A stretch of 64,000 bases of DNA. It comes from Laetmonice hystrix. Its lineage: Eukaryota. Location of the stretch: the NCBI GenBank assembly GCA_965235115.1, contig OZ249436.1, positions 54,624,001 through 54,688,000 of the forward strand. Direction: 5' to 3'. The first letter of the stretch is position 1. Every line of letters starts with the position of its first letter. Positions 13,656-27,200 of this stretch are shown here, in pieces. Made by a program: the position numbers and the translations under genes. Below the pieces are notes generated by a model that saw only the letters and a program-made list of their open reading frames with translations, ran no database searches and was not told the DNA's origin.

Positions 13656-13796
13656 GGCTCAAGTCAGTGAACTGCCGTGACGTCACGGGTAAGAATATAG
13701 ATATTCTTCCCCCAGGGCTGTATCACTCCCACACCATAGCGTTACGAAAACGGAAGTCCTTCCACCGGACTATTCGGTAGCCTACTGACTTGTGCC
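13656..13796. mobile_element. 141-bp MITE, GG...CC termini, 8-bp TSD
   Basis: TIR GGCTCAAGTCAGT...ACTGACTTGTGCC; TSD GCCTCGAG at 13648-13655 and 13797-13804. Confidence 0.8.
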
Positions 13797-14531
13797 GCCT
13801 CGAGCAGTCCGCCTCACACAGGAGGGAGGGGGGAGATCTTTTAATATATCTCGCTTTCGCAATCACAAATTACTGCAATAAATCGGCAGGTCCTTCTTGA
13901 CTTAGGAAATGATTGACGACAGCCTATAGATCCCGTGATTTGAACCTGTCACATGACCACAACCAGTACTCCGTGAATTTGTCGTGCTCTTCAGGAGAGA
14001 CGTGCATTGCTGACCCCCTCCTTGAGCTCGTATTAGTCTTAGAGCTAAGCGGACTCACGCGCAGCATTGTCCTAGAAACTACTCTCTCGATCACGCGTCC
14101 GCGATCTGGCGAGATAATTACGAGGTGTCAGGTGTGGCTCTGGAGGTCGGCGTCTCTCTGACATACTGAAAGACATTCACGATTATCTCGTAGTTTAAAT
14201 ATTCTAAAATACAGACATTGGTTCATCGCCCGAGGAATTTCATTGGGTGTTCAAGGCAGTGCCAGGTCAACGATTTTGTCAACAACCAGCCTTAAGCTGA
14301 CCGCAACTGCAATTTTGAATTTGATTAGATTTACATATTTCTGTGGGTATACATTTATTGATTTATGTAGTCTAAAAAGCCTTTTCTAACCTAACAGCCC
14401 ATGTCTTCATTTTGAGTCATTGAAATGAAAGATACTCGTGAATGGCTTTATAAGGTTTGATCTCGTGGTGTGAGGGTGGCATACCTGCATGCGACAGGTG
14501 CGTGGGGTGAACTCCTTATTGTAACTTTTAG

Positions 14532-14567
14532 ATCAGGTGACAACGACTCGAGCAGGTGTCGAGACAG
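14532..14567 (+). CDS. Putative 36-nt exon of the acidic-tail gene
   Basis: ttttag| ... ACAG|gtacat, phase 1-1, encodes QVTTTRAGVET and joins in frame to 15215. Confidence 0.3.
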
Positions 14568-14623
14568 GTACATGACATGTGAGGATCTACCGGTATTGAA
14601 GCGCTTCAATAAACTTGTAGACT

Positions 14624-15026
14624 TACTGTGAGACACAGATAGGTGTCGTAATAACATGTAAGAAGCGCTACAACACATTCGTACTGTGAGACACAGATAG
14701 GTGTCGTAATAACATGTAAGAAGCGCTACAATACATTCGTACTGTGAGACACAGATAGGTGTCGTAATAACATGTAAGAAGCGCTACAACACATTCGTAC
14801 TGTGAGACACAGATAGGTGTCGTAATAACATGTAAGAAGCGCTACAATACATTCGTACTGTGAGACACAGATAGGTGTCGTAATAACATGTAAGAAGCGC
14901 TACAACACATTCGTACTGTGAGACACAGATAGGTGTCTTAATAACATGTAAGAAGCGCTACAATACATTCGTACTGAGAGACACAGATAGGTCTCGTAAT
15001 AACAGGAAGCGCTACAATACATTCGT
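14624..15026. repeat. Minisatellite, 58 bp unit, about 7 copies
   Basis: TACTGTGAGACACAGATAGGTGTCGTAATAACATGTAAGAAGCGCTACAAYACATTCG repeated nearly perfectly. Confidence 0.95.
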
Positions 15027-15214
15027 GTCTCTAAACCAGTTTCAGATTTACGTTGGGCCCTGGACGGCACCCCAGATCTTACCAGCAGGAACACATCTGT
15101 CATTATGGTACATGCCTTTAAAAATGTCGCCTTGAAGCCATCTGGTGCTGCCGCAGTCTGAATGATTACCATATTAGTTAACGTCTCACTGTCACGTACA
15201 TTTGATCGTTTCAG

Positions 15215-15385
15215 CCGCGTCCGATGCAAGTCGATCTACCGGGAAAGGTTACCAGAAGTTAGAGACAGCTGAACCCAGTGAAAAGGGCGCTGAAAACAAG
15301 AAACCGGCTTCCGGTGAGAAGGCGGAAGTGACGGACACGAGCGACGACTCAGACACGGAGGACGAGGACTCGGACAGCGAGTGCG
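15215..15385 (+). CDS. Internal exon of a hypothetical acidic protein (GYQKL motif, D/E/S-rich cluster)
   Basis: tttcag| ... TGCG|gtcagt, 171 nt, phase 1-1, open: ASDASRSTGKGYQKLETAEPSEKGAENKKPASGEKAEVTDTSDDSDTEDEDSDSEC; coding-like composition versus AT-rich flanks. Confidence 0.55.
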
Positions 15386-15732
15386 GTCAGTATAAAGGTT
15401 TCACTCCTACAGTAAGGAAGGCCCTTTCTTTCTTTACTTATCACCCGCGGTGTCCTCTTAAATTAGCCTGCTTGCTTCTCTTCCATATATCATGAGTCAG
15501 TGGGGGAATACTTCATGTCATACATTCATGCCTTTACACAAGAGAAATAATCATCCTGGTCCTTGGAGCATCAGCTATACCGGTCCATAAATACTGCAAA
15601 TTACCATAGGATTCTTTCTCCTTTTTGTGTTGTCATGGTAACACCGGTGACATAATTAATTTAATATCTTAGAAGCTTTCGGAGTGCTTCTTCAAGTTGA
15701 CTCTTTAGACTGGGCTTGGGATTAAATACCAG

Positions 15733-15865
15733 GGCCCGGTTCCTAAAATCTTAAGATCTTACTTAAGTTTAGGCTTAACGCTGATTGGCTGGTCTAAGCA
15801 GACCAGGCAATCAGAAGCGTTAAGCCTAAACTTAAGTAAGATTTTAAGATTTTAGGAACCGGGCC
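15733..15865. mobile_element. Hairpin MITE, 3-bp TSD (PIF/Harbinger, Tourist-like)
   Basis: Near-perfect ~48-bp arms GGCCCGGTTCCTAAAATCTTAA...TTAAGATTTTAGGAACCGGGCC; TSD CAG at 15730-15732 and 15866-15868. Confidence 0.9.
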
Positions 15866-16522
15866 CAGCTGTTCACCGTGAAATAGAAATGGTATGCCCT
15901 TTGTAATCCTCGTTCACGTTTTATATTCTTACAGAATATATAGTGTGTTGCGATGATGGCCTTCCCTTGGCAACTGGTAAAAATCTTAGAAAGTAGTGTT
16001 TCCTAGCATGGCCCGATTTAAACTAACGCAAGCCGTTAACGGAATGCCATCAAATAGCTTCATTTTAGTGCTACATCCTGCTGCATTACAAAAGGCACGG
16101 CTGTTGCCTAGATTTGGCGATTCAATACTTCTGATCAATTACCTGTGGGTACATTGTTTGAACGACCATTACGAGATTGGTCATTAATAATCTAGTATAG
16201 TTAGATGATTTAACCGATATGGGCCTACACTCTGTTAGGCCAAATCATGTTCCAGGATCATTGTGGTTAGGTCGAAAATTTGGTCATAAATCAGTCGGTA
16301 TTTCGTGCATTGCACTATAGTGCACCTTTTCTGCATGAATCCAACATACCTATAATTAGAAATGATTCTAGACAATCGAATCTGATCACTTTTTGGGTTG
16401 TTTTTGTTGTTGTTGATAAACCGTTGTTATTAGACCGAGATAATGTTGGGGAGGCTGGTAGGCACGGGTTTGTGGAATAGGCGGTGATTAGTTTACAACG
16501 GAAGTAACCTGTGTGATGTTAA

Positions 16523-17110
16523 AGGGAAATGTGAGTGTACGACGGAATATTTTGATTGACCACTAGAATTTTCTAAATATTTTTTATGGGGAATAGCCTT
16601 TGTTCTTAGGAGTACAAAGAAACAAAAGAAAATCATATATGTCACCGAATTAGATTTTTTTTATACAGGCCTCCGTAAAAAAATGGGTCTTTACTGTAGG
16701 TTTCAATGGGAAAAACGGGATTTTTCAGACATTTTGACTAATAGTTAAAAAACGACCACTGAATTTCTCCTGAAGTTCGGTGACAAAATAAAGTGGATCA
16801 GGACTAATAGTTTAAAACAAAAAAATTGGGGGTCACCGAATTAAAAAAAAGTGACAGCCTGCCAAACACTCAGTGCCTTGGTAAAACACGGGTCTTAATT
16901 ATAGCATTCAATGGAGTAGACGGGTTCTGGCACACCGTTTGGTTCATGGTTTAGAAAATACTGATTTCCACATCAAACTAGTTGACTGCATAAATAAGCC
17001 AAACATTAACGGTCTGTTAAAGCTCACTACGCGGCGCTTTGAATACTCACATTTCCCCAGTGGTACCAACGCGACTCACTAGGCGGCGCTTTGAACACTC
17101 ACATTTCCCT
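16523..17110. mobile_element. Non-autonomous TTAA-specific transposon (Kolobok-like)
   Basis: TTAA|AGGGAAATGTGAGT...ACTCACATTTCCCT|TTAA; the right terminal ~35 bp is internally duplicated. Confidence 0.85.
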
Positions 17111-17599
17111 TTAAAATAACCCAGTTATTCCGACAAGTCGGCAAGAGATTGCTGTTTTCTATCCTCTACACCAATCAGCAAGATGTCTTTTCGTCTAGTT
17201 CTTTGTCTTTTTATTCTTGTTTTTCTACTACTTGATGTTCCTGTGCTTTTCATTATTTTGAATATTCATGAATGGAATGGATTCTTTTCTGTGTTCTCAC
17301 ATTCATTCATCGAGGTATATGAATAATTATGAGAAATCCATATTTAACTGGTAGTTAGTACTATGTGATTAACCTATGGCATCCCGTGTCTCATCCAGAT
17401 TCACTTTGACCTTTATATTACTCTCCTGACATTAGCCTAACATTTCATCTGCCTGTCACCCGGCGTACACGTATATAGAGATATTGCGAGTTGTTGCGTG
17501 ATGCAGCGAGTCCCAGTCCCCATGGCTAGAAAACGGCCCCTTCCGTATTGATTATTGACGTATTTTGGGTAGAATATATCGTAAATATAGATCTAGGAT

Positions 17600-17921
17600 C
17601 AGGGCTTCCTTTAAGGAATTTTCACTACGCGACAACTGGAGAAGACTCCGAGAGTTTACGCGTGTATCCACGATTATGTTATCAAGTGTTCGGTGTAGCC
17701 GAGAATATTATACGGTACAAACTGACCGGCTTCCATACAACGTGTCCTACGGTAACCGTGGCACAGAATGTGGAATCAGTGTTAATTTGTTGTATATACT
17801 GTGCGTTTTTATGAAGTCATACTCCATGTCGCATCGTCATCAATTTTTCTCTACCTGGGCGACAAATTTTTCAGACTGGGCGACATTTTGTCGGCCACTT
17901 TTTACTTTAAAGGATGCCCTG
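17600..17921. mobile_element. Old MITE with CAG...CTG termini
   Basis: CAGGGCTTCCTTTAA...TTAAAGGATGCCCTG; no TSD recognisable. Confidence 0.5.
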
Positions 17922-20900
17922 AATAGTTTATTGGAAGTTTAACTTTTAGTTTTATTTAATGCAGTGGTTATTCTGCCGCCAGACGGAAGAATAAATAAAT
18001 TAGTTTGACTTATTACCGACACGAAACAATATGTTTGGGTTACAGTTAAGGTTAGGCCTAGGGTTACGTACCGTTTATCATGTTTTAAACCTGTTTTATT
18101 TAGCAACTTTAATGATAAAATGTAGCATTCTTATAATTGTTGCATGCACGCGTTTTACAACCCGGCCGTTAGTCATGCTGTAAATAGTTGTTTTCGAATC
18201 ATACACAAACTTTAGGTTAGTACACAGGTAGGTTTATAATCTACATGTATGCCCTCTGCATCTATACAAGTTAGTTCAAGATGATTACGTTTTCGAAGTG
18301 AATGCAGATCTTCGTCGTTCTATTTTGAATTATTATTTCGAATGGAATTAAGTTCAGAACCGCGGCTGAATGATTTGATAAATATTGGTTAGTCTCTAGT
18401 TTGGTCGTGTGTCTAACGAGATATTCTGCCCCAGCCCGCCTGTATTGATCGATTTACGGTATAATACACCGCCCAGGTATGCACTAAGCGGGGTTGGAGA
18501 GGGGGGGGGATAGCCAGCGATTAATTATCTCCATCGCGTGATTCTGTGTGGCACTGTGCGCACTATACGCTTCTCGTGAGTGACCCAGTCACAAGCAGGG
18601 TTCGGGCCATGAGGCCGGCTGTGGCTGGGCATGGCGGAGATTGTGGACATGAACTATGTAGGAGCTCAATAAACGTGGCGGACAACTATAAGATAGTCTT
18701 ACAAATGTCAGCGGTATTCCTTCCAGATATCGAGTGTGTTACCTTGTGAAGTAACATCGTTGTCACTGATACGCACGCCTCATGGTGTGGTACCGGGGCC
18801 TGCCCTTTCGCGTGTTTTACACGTTTATTTACTTTGGTGACAGGCTTAAAGGGGCACAACTGGAAGAATCGCACTTTTGAGCGGCTTTGTTTTTTTGTGT
18901 GTGAGGCATAAATACAAAACATGATAAAAAAAAATGTGGGTGAAAACACTGTTGTCTTGACCGAGAAATGGCATAACTTTAGAGGGGGTGACTTGTGGCT
19001 ACGCCCCTTCTACGTGTACATGCAATACTTAACGACTGAATTTCGGTACTTTGGTGGCGCATGTGGCTTGATTACAGGCCAATCAATACTATTTTCAGGG
19101 TAGGAATATTTATATTGGACGTCTTTATGCTATTATATAACAAGAACGCAAAGTCAGTCGAAAGATTGTGCTCCTATATTAAGGTATAGGCCTAGACCTT
19201 TCTTTAAATTCGAATGGTCCCCCCCCCCTCCCGCCGAAACCCTAAGTGCGGCCCCCTAAGTTTCAGACCACTGTACCATATAGAAGGTCATTGAACCTCT
19301 TAAAATCCCCCCTAATTGGTTATCTCAATATGCCACTGCTTTATCTAACCTGAGGTTTTAGTATTCTACCGCGAGGTGTTGATACAGAGCCCATCATGTA
19401 TCTGATAATAGTCTCGTAAGATTCTGACATAATTCCCGCGAGTGTCAGCGTTAATCTCGCGAGATCTTGACGTCAAGGCGGTGAATGTTAGTAAGAACTG
19501 TCGCGGACTGGAGGGGATTTATACAAAAAAGAAATATTTGCCAAACGCCGGTATTCGAATGGATTTATCGTACATGTTTAAATATTCATGACACCGCGAT
19601 GGAATCATCATTTTCCTGATCGAAATATAGGATGGCGTAAATTAAAACCATTAATGTTTGATTTGTTAAGCCACAAATGATTGAGCTTGGCAGCTCCTTA
19701 GTGCGGTATTAATTGGCTAAGTTAGAAAAGAGTTGGAGGGATAAAAGTCTCATACAATGAAATTAATGGTGATGAATCATGGCGGAGCCAGCAAACTGAG
19801 GACCAAAAGGTTAGGGTGATACTGTGCACCCCTCGGGATCCAGGGAAGGTGATGGTCGTTATCTTGATGTGGTGTTTTGGCATTTAAAGACCATAAAGGA
19901 ATAATTCTTTTAAAATAGAAAGGTAAAAAAAGAACGGTAATGTTGGCCGTTGGTAAAAAAAGGGGCGGAGATTCCTGCGGATGATAGGCCTACCTTCGGA
20001 GAAGTCAAATCCATGTTTACAAATTAATTTCACTTTTAAAATTGATGTTTTCGTCTCTTTATTACTAGCAATCAACTCTGTAATGCGTGTAAAACTCGAT
20101 ACATTTATTTCAAGTCTACATGTATTTGAAATACAGAAATTAATGTTTGGTTTGAGGGTATCAGCTAGGCCAATCTGTCCCTGATTTATCAGTCAAACTC
20201 TGGCTTGAGGCTCTGGCTAGATGTTTTACCCTCCGAAATCAAGATTTTAGATGTGTGTTAAAACAGTGTCATTCCCATACACAACCAAAGGCAGTGTATC
20301 AGAGTAGCCATTTCGTCCGTGCTGTGGCCTGAATAATCTAGATGGGCGATTTCCTTTAGGTTGATCCGATTACTGAAGGGTCGGTTTTTGTCTAGGATTT
20401 ATTTTTGATTGGGATGTCTTGGGCGAGGAGTGGTCGGGGAGTATGGATCAGGTGACGTCAACACCCTATCACTGACATCCACGGGTAGGGGGCGTGGTTT
20501 CCGTATAGGTGGAGGAGTGGCAGAATTTGTCAACAGTATGATTGCATCTGTGTCGGTCATATACAGACATAAAGAGTTTCTGTACTCTGATCTGACTTTA
20601 ATGTTAAATCAGGTTTGGTTTATGCACGTAGGCCTACAGTCCCTGGCGTGTATGTGTCGTAAGTCTGCTGCCAGGGGTTGTGGTCGGATACTATTGTTAA
20701 GAGAATTGGAAAACTTTAGGATCATCGGTTGTTTAATAAAAGAAAAGACCATCGCCAGTCTGTACAGGCCAGGCACACATGCCGTGATATTCTAAGCAAG
20801 TTAAAAAATATTTGAACACAATTGGTGCTCAGATGGTTAAGATATAGGCACTTTAGTGCCGGAGGCTTCCTACAACCTGCTCAGCTGGTTAAGGCTGCCA

Positions 20901-21309
20901 TTACCGTCTGCTCCTTGGGCTAATCTCAAACTGCGCATGATCGCCCTAGGCGAGCATGCGCAGCACGACTGCTCTCCAGTTTGGTTGGAACTAAAAGCTG
21001 ACGCACCTGTTGCGTTGATCGATTTGGAAGGCAGCGAACAAGTCACGACGAATGGTTCAAAATGTTTGTGTTGTATTCTTGATCGCTTTTCTCTGCATTT
21101 TCTTATTCCTGAGTCGTCCTTAACAGTCTGTTCCTGGTTCGCAGGGGCGTCAAAGGCTCCCTTTTCCCAGTAGTTTTGACCTTGGACGATCAATAAAAAT
21201 TATTATTTCTCCAAGGTTTGACCCTTTATATAGTAGTGGACAATTTATATGGTGGACAGGTCGGGCCGTCCCACCCGTCCTGTCCAGTCCCGACGCCCCT
21301 GCAGATCAG

Positions 21310-21435
21310 AGATCGGTTCACAAGCAAAGTGAAGTCAATTTTAATTATTTTGAAGTTAATTTGACTTAAATCTGATTGGTTAAAATGAATTTCAAGTAAA
21401 TTCAATTTGACTTGACTTTGCTTATGAACCGGCGC
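21310..21435. mobile_element. Degenerate hairpin MITE (Harbinger-like)
   Basis: CGGTTCACAAGCAAAGTGAAGTCAA versus TTGACTTGACTTTGCTTATGAACCG, flanked by CAG. Confidence 0.6.
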
Positions 21436-21978
21436 AGGTTATTCTGCTCCTATATTAATTGCATGCTTGTGTCATGACGACCCGATTTGTTTATTGTGTT
21501 GGACCTTTTTCTGAAAGTTTAAATATAATATTTGTTAGTGGTGTTAATTAAACTATTTCTATTTGGTTCTATTGATTATGTTTTTGAGATGTTCTGTTTA
21601 AACACATCTGATTTGTGGGTTTGAAATAATCACTGATCGGTTGTAACCATGACGTATTTCTTGTGTTGTGCTATATGAATTATTTATGCATGAGTAATTT
21701 ATTCCTGATTGGTTGTATCCCTCATTAGTTGTGTTGATAACGTGATTCTGATCGCTTGTGTTAAAAATAGGCCTACTCCTGATTGGTCGCATCCATAACG
21801 CCCCGAATTATAGTTGTGTTGATAAGGTCTGATTGGTTTTATTTAAAATGTTTCTGATTAATTACTTTAGGGCCATTATTAATAGATTGGTTGGTATAGT
21901 CTGATTGTTGTGAGTCAGACGATCTTGATTGGTTGCTATGCCGTCCCTGATTGGCTGGGGTTGTTGTTGTTGTTTTAG

Positions 21979-22067
21979 ATTGGAGTCAGGACGAGGCGGA
22001 CAGTTCGGACGGCAACACGACGGACGACGATCGGTCGACGGATGATGAGCGTGAATGTCTGCTGTAG
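21979..22067 (+). CDS. Putative terminal coding exon of the hypothetical acidic protein, ending in an acidic dileucine
   Basis: Strong acceptor ttgttgttttag|, phase 1, compatible with the 15385 donor; (D)WSQDEADSSDGNTTDDDRSTDDERECLL-TAG. Confidence 0.5.
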
Positions 22068-24989
22068 GTGGGGCCCGCCTTCTGCTGCTCCAGCTGCTAT
22101 TCCAGCTGCTGCTCCAGCTGCTGGGTGGAGGTCGGACGCGCCCCACATCATGGCTTCCATCTCGGGAGTAGGCTATCTCATGATCTCTCCCGTCGGGCGT
22201 GTGACGCCTCATTTGGCAAGGTGCTTGGCTACAAGTCGGGGATTACGAGGAAAGCCGAGGAGTATTTCTGAGACCGGGAGAATTTTCTGTCTTTTCTAAT
22301 CTACGGAACAACCGCCAAAGACAAGTCGCGCTCAGAGTCGGAATCGAAAGACAATTTGGGTCTAAGGAAAGAGCTTATAATGTTGTTTTTGGAGACTTTG
22401 TGATTTATTAATGCCGCTTATGCCTACATGACAAGGCCAAGCACACTGAAGCGCGGCTTAGAGTGGCATTTGAGCAGTTGCTGCTATACAAGGATTATAG
22501 CTACCCCCTCCCCCCACCCCCCCACCCCCCCCATCTAGAACCCCCCCCCCCCTATCACCATCCTCGTTCCTCCAACCAATCCAAGCCTGTGGCGCCCGTA
22601 ATACTAGCTGTCGCCAGCATCCGGGTAGGTATACGCTGTCCCGCATGAACGACGTCACGCGTGTTGCAGCGTCTTCGTGACAAGAGACGTCACGTCATCG
22701 CGGGACGCTGCATGCACGCCGGCCGCTGGCACCCTGTGACTCGAGTATCCGTGGGCGCCCACCGCGCAGATCGGCAGTATATAATATCGTATAATCTACA
22801 TGCTGTTTGTTCTCGTATATTAACTTCATTGAGGTGTGTATGATACGTTTTTATATATGTGAGCCCATGAAACGTGTTTGATGACGATTCTGATTTCTTA
22901 TATTTATGAATGATGTTGACATGCAAAGCGTTGATTTGTTACACTCCATGGAGGAAAAGCCTCCCGGTTATAGTTGCATTCCTTTAGACAGATGCATCGA
23001 GATGCTCAGACAACGGAAGGAGGGCTGCTTCGAGCGATCGTGCTGTCGCCTTGACGTGACGTCGTGAACTGTTTTCTAAAATGGCCTTGTGAAGAAGGTG
23101 TGCGTTATCCTGGCGATTTTCTCCTTCCGTTTTTATGATTCCTTCCCGAGGTTAAGTGTTATGCGACCCTTCTTAGTGTAATACCAGAAATAAGAGTATT
23201 ATTCACATTAATCACACTTGTAAGATAATAATAATATGAAGGAATAAATGAATCATATTAAAGCGTTTCAAAGGCTTTGATTATATTTATGTCTTAAAGG
23301 ATAAGAGTTGTACCGTGGTTACAGATGATTTTGAAATCTCTCATCTCATATTATTAGAGATTAAAGGCTAAACATTATTAAAAATTAGCCTCTTCTGCCG
23401 ATAGGCTACTCATCACACGAGCTATCCGTTGAAAATGAATACCGAGTATCTTGGGCGGATTTTTTGAGAGGGGGGGGGGGGGTGCTAACCATCGGACCAA
23501 AACATATTATTAGACCAGGGCCAAAAATATATATTATAAATATGATCATAATTGGATGATAAAAATAGCATCGTGCAGAATTTAGGGGGGGGGGGCTGGA
23601 GACCCCTGGATTCGCCACTCGAGTATATAATAATGATTTAGACTTTAAAGAGCCCCCGTGAACTAAAAGCCACAAAATCGATCCCCTCTCATATTAAACA
23701 ACGTAGGCCTACATATACCTGGAATCTCGTAATAAATTGGAAGCAAAGCAACTGCGCATGTACAAAATGTAGTTGTAATACGGAGCAGCGTAATTGCCTT
23801 CCTTCGCTCCAGGCAGCCACGCCGGTTTGCTATAAATACCGAAATCACCGAAAACACCCCAGACATATAGGCTACAGAAATCCAACCTAAATATCGAAAT
23901 CACCCCCAGAGAAATACAGAAATCACCCCAGACAATTACCGAAATTTATATTGGATTTCGGTATTTCTGTGGGCTGATTTCGGTGATTTCAATAAAAAAA
24001 GACAGGCCGGTTGGTTTGCCATGGCGGTGGTTTGTAAACTCCATGGACCGTACTCGGGCGACTGAACATGTAATTTTCTTACATTAGGCCTAATTGCCAT
24101 TATTATTTTGATCGCCATATTTAAATATCATGTTGCTAAGGATGAAAGGTACGTTTCATATTTGAGGTATTTGAGTCCCCCCGCCGCCGTCTACACTATC
24201 GATGTATCAAGTTATGCCGTGAGATGGCGCCAGCTATCAGGTAACTAACACTAATTCTCATTTTGCTTACCAGGGGGCGTGGCGCGTCACTTGTAAAAGT
24301 ACATATTTTTGATCGAACCGTGACGCGCCGCAGTCACGAGTGTGTGAAAAAATCCCTAACACAATTAGGCCTCTTTCACGTAGGTCACACTATAGTCTGC
24401 CTAAGGCCATACACACTTAGCTACATTCCCCACACCCGAGAGGTCACTCGATGATCGCACTGCATGGGCTTATATCATGCACCCATGCATGGTTACAAGT
24501 AGGCCTAATTATCATCTCATGGAAGATCTGCATGGGCAATAAAAAGTGGATGAAAAGCTCAACATTAAGGCATTTGTTTGCTAGTCTTGCAAATCTTACC
24601 CAGACGTGCGCGCGGCGCCTAAATACATTAAAATCAGCGGACGCGACAGGCACGACACTTTTCTGGAATTGAACTCGCGAGTGACGCGCGACAACTGGCC
24701 TACAGGCAGCCAATCAGAAGCCTGGGCAGACACCTAGAAATAATCCAGGTTGTCCCTATGAAGTAGATCTAATAAAAAAAAAAAAAAAATTCTTTGGTGG
24801 GGGGGGGGGGGCGAAATTTTGATAACACTTCAAATGGCTTCTGCCTGATCTGAAAGCTTGCTTGACGTGTCGGAATCGAAGCGCGAGGCGCCCGCGCACC
24901 GAACGCCCATTGTGAAAACCCGTATTGCCTACATGTCCTGACCTTACCGACACGCTTCAACCGCCTGTGGCCATGCGAAACCCAGGACC

Positions 24990-25176
24990 CTTAATTAAAA
25001 AATGTCCAGTTTCTGGTAGGCGCGCGCGTTACTTTAGAAGCAGCGCATCAGTGTTTTTTCTTGCCCTCACCCATCTCAGGTCCTCACCGCGCATGAATGT
25101 GTGAATTGTGCTGCCAGCTAGCGTTAAGGCTTAAACCTAAGCAGTGTTATAATGAATATACACTGCAACGGGAATG
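24990..25176 (+). repeat. Partial copy of the MITE family at 40239-40587
   Basis: Shares AGAAGCAGCGCATCAGTGTTTTTT-CTTGCCCTCACC and CATGAATGTGTGAATTGTGCTGC with the reverse complement of 40410-40570. Confidence 0.7.
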
Positions 25177-25793
25177 TGTAGGCCAAGGCCATGGTCCTCG
25201 TAATATTTCTATATATTCTGATCACCGTAGCAAGGGTGACAATGTCGTCCTCTGGGGCGTATCGGGAAAATAAAAACCGATAGATTAAGGCCTACCCTTA
25301 CTGGTGACATTTTGCATTGTGAAGATTTAGCCTATGGGGTCAAAGGGGGGGGGGGGGGTCCCTTATTTGTGAGCAGGATGGCATTCCCCCAAAAGATGGT
25401 GACAAATAATAAAAACAAATGTAGGCCTAAATCTGTAAAGATAATGCTTCCTTTGAAAATTTATAGAAATTTGTTTGCCTGCGGTGGGCTACTCATCATT
25501 CTACATGGCTGCATGACTATACCTAGCCATGTCCTACTGGCCCATTTGCACGGTTCAGCTATCTGGACTCTCTGTACGGATGTAGGCCCCCATACAGTTG
25601 CCAGCAGCTGTGTGACAGCTAGATCTGACTGCTACTGGTTTTGAAGGCCGACATTTCAGCATTCTCTCGCCAGGATCGGATTGACTGAGTCAACACAATA
25701 TCTAGAGACCGACGCGTCCGGACTGCTCTTAACTTTACTTGGACCCCACTTTTTTCTGTAGGACTAAAAGAAGTAAGTAAGATTTAGAGATAT

Positions 25794-26360
25794 ACAGGGT
25801 GTATAAAAAGTTAATCGGAATTCAGGGGCTATTACACCAAAGTTTTGTAGTTTGACAATACACATTATTGTTTACCAATTAAGAGAAACTCCTCAGCTGT
25901 CTATTGATACCTTAATTGGTTCATTGCAGTCGCACATGCCCGAGTACATTGTTATTGAAAATGGCATGTTCAACTCCCAATTTTGCAAGTTTGGGTGATC
26001 AATTTTCTTCCGGAATGAATGGACATTATTCAAGGATTTCTTCTAACAACCCACACCTTCTCATGTCCACCTTCCCTTTCGACACAAAGCTGACAGGGAC
26101 GGAACATGCCCTGCACTGCTCGTCTCATTTACTTCATTTCGAATACGGCCGTGAAATTCATCAAGATTATAGGGAGGAGTTGCAAACACCTTGTTCTTCA
26201 AATGTCCCCAAAGGAAGTAATCACATGGTGTGAGCTCAGGTGACATTGGTGACCATTTATCATACTGACTTTCACTGATTACCCTACCTTGCATTCATTA
26301 CCCAAATTTGTAAAAAAAATGCGATTTTAACTTACCATTTTCAATAACAATGTACTCGGT
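25794..26360 (-). mobile_element. Tc1/mariner-superfamily remnant with a transposase fragment
   Basis: TA|CAGGGTG left end; inverted arm segments at ~25940-26000 and ~26297-26359; minus-strand WSPMSPELTPCDYFLWGHLKNKVF resembles the WPPRSPDLTPCDFFLWG motif around the third catalytic Asp; right arm cut by the next MITE. Confidence 0.8.
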
Positions 26361-26370
26361 CGGGGATTAA

Positions 26371-26899
26371 AGGGGCATGCTATGGAACACGTTTTTGAGG
26401 ATTTCCGGCAATTATCCAACATGACCGTGTACTAGGGATCCAAGTAAATAATCCTACCACAGCATTTTGTCCTTCGACGTGTTTTCGCTGCGTATGCAAC
26501 ACAAGTAGGTTCTATACGACCAAACCTATAGATTTCTCCCGATAGCACATCTCCCGCCATAATTTGGTAGACAACCTACCATCAACCCGTGTATTTGCAT
26601 ACTGCGTCACCTCCTGCGTGTGCACTCTCTGCATGTGCTTGTTCACGTGCTTCGTTTAGTTGTAAACAATTCATCAGTTGCAATCGATCGCCTGGCATCA
26701 GAATGCCACGCAAAAAAATATTTTACGAAATCGGCAGAGAAACGGGCAAGGGAGCTTCATAAACTTCGATTTCTCACGCAAAATGAAACTGATAAGTCTG
26801 TCTTTGTTTACCAAGCAATTTTAATGAAGGATCTCTTTATGAAAACAGCAAAAGTTCTTTAAAATAGAGATTTGTCACATTTCCTCATAATATGCCCCT
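26371..26899. mobile_element. TTAA-specific MITE (Kolobok-like), copy 1
   Basis: TTAA|AGGGGCAT...ATGCCCCT|TTAA; alignable along its length with 28936-29405. Confidence 0.9.
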
Positions 26900-27200
26900 T
26901 TAAATATGTTGTCTCCCAGAAGTCGGCCCAACGGTGGCCGAACCTCAAGCCAAATATTAAATTAATAAAAAAATTCCATACATTATCCTCTGCATGTTTT
27001 TGCGTATGGTTCCTTTTATTTCCGTGGCTCTATGAAGAAAGTTTTTTATGCAGTTACTGGCTTGGTCATTGACTGCAGATTGTAACGTTACCATTCCGGG
27101 GCTGACGTCCGTTGTCGGGGTTCAAATGTGGGGGCACGTGAGACACGTGGGCTGGGTGCATCCCAGGATAAATAAAAGTTTTTTTTTAAAAAAACGGTCA

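Noticed and set aside
18846..19210. Complete TTAA MITE starting TTAAAGGGGCAC (similar end at 3991)
   Set aside because: Only one terminus found, so extent cannot be defined.
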